A DNA stretch of 41,790 bases, taken from assembly GCA_019120095.1 (NCBI GenBank), contig DWVU01000115.1:1-41790 (forward strand), given 5' to 3'. The position numbers and the translations under genes were made by a program. Positions 37,145 through 41,790 of this stretch are shown one piece after another (positions within the stretch are counted from its first letter, which is position 1; every line of letters begins with the position of its first letter). A model generated the notes under the pieces. That model had not been told where the DNA came from. It saw only the letters and a list, made by a program, of their open reading frames with translations, and ran no database searches. Origin of the DNA: Candidatus Alistipes merdipullorum. GTDB taxonomy: Bacteria; Bacteroidota; Bacteroidia; Bacteroidales; Rikenellaceae.

Positions 37145-37723
37145 TTAGTTGCAGCCGCCGCAGCAGCCGTCCTTATGGTCGTGGTCACCGCCGCAGCAGT
37201 CGTGGTCATGGTCGTGGCCGCCGCAGTCGCCGTCGCAGTCGTGGCAGTGGCAGCCGCCCTGCGAGGCCAGATCCTCGGGCGTCACGTCGCGTACCTCGAC
37301 AACCTCCACGTCGAAGTTGAGCACCTTGCCCGCCATCGGGTGATTGAAGTCCATCTTGACGGTTTTGTCGCCCACCTCCATGACGCGGCCCATGAGGTGG
37401 TTGCCCTGAGCGTCGCTCATGGGTATCTGGTTGCCCACGAAGAGCATATCGTCGGCGGGCTTGCCGTCGATGACGAATATATCTTTCGGCAGGTCGACGA
37501 TGGCCTCGGCTATGATCTCGCCGTAACCGTCCTTGGGCTGGAGCGTGAAGGATACCTTCTCGCCGGGTTCGAGACCCATGATGGCACCCTCGAATTTGGG
37601 CAGGAGCATGCCCGCTCCGCATACGAACTGCAGGGGCGAGCCCTCGCGCGACTGATCAGCTACCTTGCCGTCGACGGTGAGGGTGTAGTTCACCGACACC
37701 ATTTTGCTGTTTTCTACTTTCAT
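37145..37723 (-). CDS. slyD: FKBP-type peptidyl-prolyl isomerase with His/Cys-rich tail
   Basis: VSVNYTL, GYGE, DFNHPMAGKVLNFDVEV and tail CHCHDCDGDCGGHDHDHDCC. Confidence 0.93.
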   Translation of the reverse strand: MKVENSKMVSVNYTLTVDGKVADQSREGSPLQFVCGAGMLLPKFEGAIMGLEPGEKVSFTLQPKDGYGEIIAEAIVDLPKDIFVIDGKPADDMLFVGNQIPMSDAQGNHLMGRVMEVGDKTVKMDFNHPMAGKVLNFDVEVVEVRDVTPEDLASQGGCHCHDCDGDCGGHDHDHDCCGGDHDHKDGCCGGCN

Positions 37724-37801
37724 ACTTTATGTTTCAATATGTTGTTTGTATTGTGTTGCGTTGTTTGCGGCCGCCGCCGTTTTGTTGTGTAAAGGTTATG
37801 T

Positions 37802-40627
37802 CTAATCGCAGTTGCAGCATACCAGATTGCGGTCGCCGTAACCGTTGTCTATCTTGGTGACGTAGGGGAAGAACTTGGCCTCGCGCACCCAGTCGAGCGG
37901 GAATGCCGCCTGCATGCGCGTATAGGGGTGCGGCCACTCGCCCGCGATCTCCACGGCCGTATGTGGCGCATTCACCACGACGTTGTCCTTCTCGCCGGCG
38001 GCGGCTGCAGCCTCGCACTCGCGCTTGATTGCCACCAGCGCCTCGATGAAGCGGTCCATCTCGGCCTTGGGCTCCGACTCCGTAGGCTCCACCATGAGCG
38101 TCTCATGCACGGGGAACGAGAGCGTAGGGGCGTGGAAGCCGTAGTCCATAAGGCGGTGGGCTATGTCGCCGCAGTCGATGCCGTAGTCGTGCTTGAAGTT
38201 CGTCAGATCGAGTATCATTTCGTGTGCCACACGTCCCGTCTCGCCCGTATAATATGTACGGAACTCGTGGGCGAGGGCCGACGACATGTAGTTGGCGTTG
38301 ACGATGGCCATCTCGGTGGCGTGGCGCAGACCCTCCTCACCCAGCATCTTGATGTAGCCGTAGGTGATGGGCAGCAGCATGGCCGAGCCCCACGGTGCGG
38401 CCGCTACGGCCGTGATGCCGTCATCGCCGCCCGTGGCGACAACGGGGTGCGTGGGAAGGAAGGGCTTCAGGTGCTCCGCCACGCAGATGGGACCTACGCC
38501 CGGGCCGCCGCCGCCGTGAGGCATGGCGAAGGTCTTGTGCAGGTTGAGGTGGCAGATGTCGGCACCGATATATCCCGGGTTGGTAAGGCCGACCTGCGCG
38601 TTCATGTTGGCGCCGTCCATATATACCTGACCTCCGGCCTCATGTATCGCGTCGACGATCTCGCGGATGCGGCTCTCGAAGACACCGTGCGTCGAGGGAT
38701 ATGTAACCATCAGTCCGCACAGCTCCGAACTGTACTCGGCGGTCTTCTTCTTCAGGTCGTCCACGTCGATGTTGCCGTTGGCGTCGCACGCGACGGTCAT
38801 GATCTTCATGCCGGCCATGGCTGCCGAGGCGGGGTTGGTGCCGTGGGCCGAGGCGGGGATGAGGATTATGTTGCGGTAGCCCTGACCGCGGCTCTGGTGG
38901 TAGGCACGGATAACCATAAGTCCCGAATACTCGCCCGCGGCGCCCGAGTTGGGCTGCAGGGAGCAGCCTGCGAAACCGGTGATCACGGCCAGATCATGTT
39001 CGAGCTCGGCGATGAGCTGCGTGTATCCCTCGGTTTGGTCGGCCGGTGCGAAGGGGTGTATGTTCTGGAATCCCGCCAGCGAGAGCGGCTGCATGAGGGC
39101 TGCGGCGTTGAGCTTCATGGTGCACGATCCGAGCGAGATCATCGAGTTGGCGAGCGATATGTCGCGCAGCTCCAGACGCTTGATGTAACGCATCATGTCG
39201 CTCTCCGAGTGGTAGCGGTTGAATACCGGCTCGGCCAGAATGGGCGAGGTGCGGCGCATGGGCACGTCACACTCCATGTCGACCTTGACATTCTTGGCCT
39301 TGCGGCCCTTGGCCTCGGCGAAGACGGCCACTACGGCATTGACCTCGTCGGGTGTAGTCACCTCGTCGAACGAGAGGCGCACGCGTCCCTCCGACGGATA
39401 GTAGAAGTTCATGCCTGCGGCCTGCGCTATGTCCTGTATTACGGCCGCTTCGGCCTCGATGTCGAGCGTGTCGAACACCTGCTCGGCGGCGAGCATATAT
39501 CCCAAAGCCTTGATGGCTTCGGCGGCGGCTACGGCCGAGGCGTGTGCCGTCATGGCGGCGCGGCGCAGACCCTTGGGGCCGTTATATACGCAGTAGAATC
39601 CCGCCATCGAGGCCATGAGGGCCGAGGCGGTGCAGATGTTCGACGTGGCGCGCTCGCGCTTGATGTGCTGCTCGCGCATCTGCAGGGCCATGCGCAGGGC
39701 CTTGTTGCCCAGACGGTCTACCGAGACGCCGATGATGCGGCCCGGCATGTTGCGCTTGAAAGCCTCGCGTGTGGCCATATATCCAGCAGCGGGGCCTCCG
39801 AAGCCCATGGGGCAGCCCAGACGCTGGGTCGAGCCGACGGCGATGTCGGCATCCCACTCTGCGGGAGGGGTCATGATCGCCAGCGAGAGAATGTCGGCGG
39901 CGACGGTAACCAGAGCGCCCGCCTCGTGGGCCTTGGCCGTGAAGGCGGCGTAGTCGCGCACCTCGCCCGTAGCGGCGGGGAACTGTACGATGGCGCCGAA
40001 CTCCTTGCCCGAGAATTCGTATTCGTTATAGTCGTCGATGATGAGCTCTATGCCGAATGGCTCGCTGCGCGTGAGCAGCACGTCGAGCGTCTGCGGGAAG
40101 ATCTGCTTGTCGACGAAGAGCTGGCAGCGTCCCTGCTTGACGGCCTCGCGCGAACGCAGCGCATACATCATGAGCATGGCTTCGGCCGCGGCCGTGGCCT
40201 CGTCCAGAAGCGAGCAGTTGGCTATCTGCATTCCCGTGAGCGAGATGATCGCCGTCTGGAAGTTGAGCAGCGCCTCGAGGCGTCCCTGCGAGATCTCGGC
40301 CTGATAGGGCGTATAGGATGTGTACCATGCGGGGTTCTCGAAGACGTTGCGGCTGATGACGGCGGGCACGGCGGCGGGGTAGTAGCCCATGCCGATGAAC
40401 GAACGGAAGATGCGGTTCTTGGCCGCAAGAGCGGCAATATGTGCCGCGAATTCGTGTTCGCTCATGCCCTCGGCGGGCAGCGCGAGCGGCTTCTTGAGCC
40501 GTATCGATGCGGGTATGACCTGTGAGATGAGCTCCTCGACCGACTTGACGCCTATGGTCTGAAGCATCGCTTGCAGATCGGCCTCGTCGGTGACGCCTAT
40601 GTGGCGATTCATGAACTTGTCAAACAT
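37802..40627 (-). CDS. gcvP: Glycine dehydrogenase (decarboxylating), glycine cleavage P protein
   Basis: YTPYQAEISQGRLE, REQHIKRERATSNICT, LGSCTMKLN, HLNLHKTFAMPHGGGGPG, EPTESE. Confidence 0.98.
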   Translation of the reverse strand: MFDKFMNRHIGVTDEADLQAMLQTIGVKSVEELISQVIPASIRLKKPLALPAEGMSEHEFAAHIAALAAKNRIFRSFIGMGYYPAAVPAVISRNVFENPAWYTSYTPYQAEISQGRLEALLNFQTAIISLTGMQIANCSLLDEATAAAEAMLMMYALRSREAVKQGRCQLFVDKQIFPQTLDVLLTRSEPFGIELIIDDYNEYEFSGKEFGAIVQFPAATGEVRDYAAFTAKAHEAGALVTVAADILSLAIMTPPAEWDADIAVGSTQRLGCPMGFGGPAAGYMATREAFKRNMPGRIIGVSVDRLGNKALRMALQMREQHIKRERATSNICTASALMASMAGFYCVYNGPKGLRRAAMTAHASAVAAAEAIKALGYMLAAEQVFDTLDIEAEAAVIQDIAQAAGMNFYYPSEGRVRLSFDEVTTPDEVNAVVAVFAEAKGRKAKNVKVDMECDVPMRRTSPILAEPVFNRYHSESDMMRYIKRLELRDISLANSMISLGSCTMKLNAAALMQPLSLAGFQNIHPFAPADQTEGYTQLIAELEHDLAVITGFAGCSLQPNSGAAGEYSGLMVIRAYHQSRGQGYRNIILIPASAHGTNPASAAMAGMKIMTVACDANGNIDVDDLKKKTAEYSSELCGLMVTYPSTHGVFESRIREIVDAIHEAGGQVYMDGANMNAQVGLTNPGYIGADICHLNLHKTFAMPHGGGGPGVGPICVAEHLKPFLPTHPVVATGGDDGITAVAAAPWGSAMLLPITYGYIKMLGEEGLRHATEMAIVNANYMSSALAHEFRTYYTGETGRVAHEMILDLTNFKHDYGIDCGDIAHRLMDYGFHAPTLSFPVHETLMVEPTESEPKAEMDRFIEALVAIKRECEAAAAAGEKDNVVVNAPHTAVEIAGEWPHPYTRMQAAFPLDWVREAKFFPYVTKIDNGYGDRNLVCCNCD

Positions 40628-40769
40628 TTTCGTAGCGTATTTTTTGTTGTCCGTATTCGGGTTCAGTGTTTTCTTCCGGTTTGTGTCGTGGCCGTCTGTC
40701 CATCCACTTGATGGGCTATGGCGCGGCGGCGGATTCTACTTTTTTTATTTCCGTATGCTTTGCGGCCGT

Positions 40770-40815
40770 TTTCCATTTATTCCCCTATTCGGTGTGGCTG
40801 TTTCCATTTATTCCC
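40770..40815. repeat. 15-bp perfect direct repeat upstream of gcvP
   Basis: TTTCCATTTATTCCC at 40770-40784 and 40801-40815. Confidence 0.8.
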
Positions 40816-40866
40816 GCAGGCGGCGCCGACCGTAAGTTTTTCCTCGCTTTTCATTTTCCCCTCCCC

Positions 40867-41790
40867 TTAATATTGAAAACTGCTGCCGCCGATAAATTCG
40901 CGCAGGATCGACGTCGGGGGTATCTCGTCGGGGACGATGGGGACGAAGTTGTCGAGGAACTTGAGCAGTCGCTTGGTCTCGGCATACTCGACATGCGTGT
41001 CGGGCACCTCGCGCAGGATGGGCTCCACCTTGGGGCGCAGTACCGATATCTCGTAGAAGAGCGACGAGTTGAATATTGCGTCGGCATTCTCCTGATAGGG
41101 GAATATGTGCTTCTCCTCGCCGCGGCGGACGCTGGGCCAGCGCTGCAGCGTCGAGAGGGCGTTGTTGCCGCGCGTATAGTAGTCGCGCGTGATGCGGCGC
41201 AGCAGGCGGTTGTCCGTGGTGGGTATGCGCGAGAGGTTGTCCATCGACACCGACGTCAGACACGAGACGTAGATGCAGAACTTGCTGCTGCGCGGGATGC
41301 TGGGTGTCAGCTGCGGGTTGAGACCGTGTATTCCCTCCATGACTATGATCGACTTGGGGCCGAGCTTGAGCGGCTTCTCGTACCACTGGCGCGAGCCGGT
41401 GATGAAGTCGTAGCGCGGCACCTTGACGCTCTGGCCGTCGATAAGGCGTTTGAGGTCGTCGTTGAGCAGCTGCAGGTCTATGGCTTCGAGCGCCTCGTAG
41501 TCGTATTCGCCGTTCTCGTCCTTGGGCGTATGCTCGCGGTCGACGAAGTAGTCGTCGAGCGATATGACCACGGGGTCGAGCCCGAGTATGCGCAACTGTA
41601 TGCTCAGACGCTTCGAGAAGGTGGTCTTGCCGCTGGACGAGGGGCCCGATATGAGCACCATCCGCGTGCCGCTCGACTCGTTTGCCTGCGCTATGCGGTC
41701 GGCGAGGTTGGCTATCTGCTTCTCGTGGAATGCCTCCGCCACCTTGATCAGATCGCCGGAGTTGCCGCCCAAGACTTTGGCGTTGAGGCT
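40867..41790 (-). CDS. Uridine kinase/phosphoribulokinase family nucleoside kinase; 5' end outside the window
   Basis: P-loop GPSSSGKTT, SLDDYF, EGIHGLN, RLLRRITRD, WPSVRRGEEKHIFP, SILREFIGGS; frame open to the window edge. Confidence 0.88.
   Translation of the reverse strand, partial: SLNAKVLGGNSGDLIKVAEAFHEKQIANLADRIAQANESSGTRMVLISGPSSSGKTTFSKRLSIQLRILGLDPVVISLDDYFVDREHTPKDENGEYDYEALEAIDLQLLNDDLKRLIDGQSVKVPRYDFITGSRQWYEKPLKLGPKSIIVMEGIHGLNPQLTPSIPRSSKFCIYVSCLTSVSMDNLSRIPTTDNRLLRRITRDYYTRGNNALSTLQRWPSVRRGEEKHIFPYQENADAIFNSSLFYEISVLRPKVEPILREVPDTHVEYAETKRLLKFLDNFVPIVPDEIPPTSILREFIGGSSFQY

Noticed and set aside
37145-37260. Repetitive GC-rich DNA at the end of slyD
   Set aside because: Explained by the normal His/Cys/Asp-rich metal-binding tail of SlyD.
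37928-40525. Very long antisense ORFs (865 aa here; also 710-1831, 19640-20830, 21001-22590, 27768-29117, 30026-31201 and others)
   Set aside because: They mirror well-identified genes on the opposite strand, a usual artefact of high-GC codon bias, and show no recognisable motifs.

Overview
High-GC Bacteroidota chromosomal segment (Alistipes/Rikenellaceae-like, judged from TAnnTTTG -7 promoter elements and gene content), mostly minus-strand housekeeping genes: class II ribonucleotide reductase (partial), ridA, Ca2+ P-type ATPase, an OmpR-type two-component system with a PepSY-like target, purF, the ykfC-ykfB-transglutaminase peptidoglycan-peptide recycling trio, speA and carboxyspermidine dehydrogenase, a small glycosylation cluster, thrS-infC, pdxA, TrmH-rnz-trxB, slyD, gcvP and a partial nucleoside kinase. 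No mobile element, tRNA, rRNA or CRISPR array was recognised. The best candidate for an undescribed system is a three-gene cassette at 33997-37063: an apparently active Ser/Thr-type kinase with WG repeats, a TerY-like vWA protein, and a catalytically degenerate pseudokinase with WG repeats. It resembles the TerY-phosphorylation triad but has no phosphatase. Other notable items are a structured three-way-junction RNA leader in front of a purF lacking the catalytic Cys1, a shared 20-bp operator defining the two-component regulon, two probable leaderless mRNAs, a YxxP small peptide upstream of a type V pilin-like lipoprotein, a CMP-nonulosonate synthetase/transferase set without a synthase, a GATC-rich tandem repeat and DnaA-like boxes upstream of nrdJ. 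All assignments come from motif reading by eye; no database searches were run.
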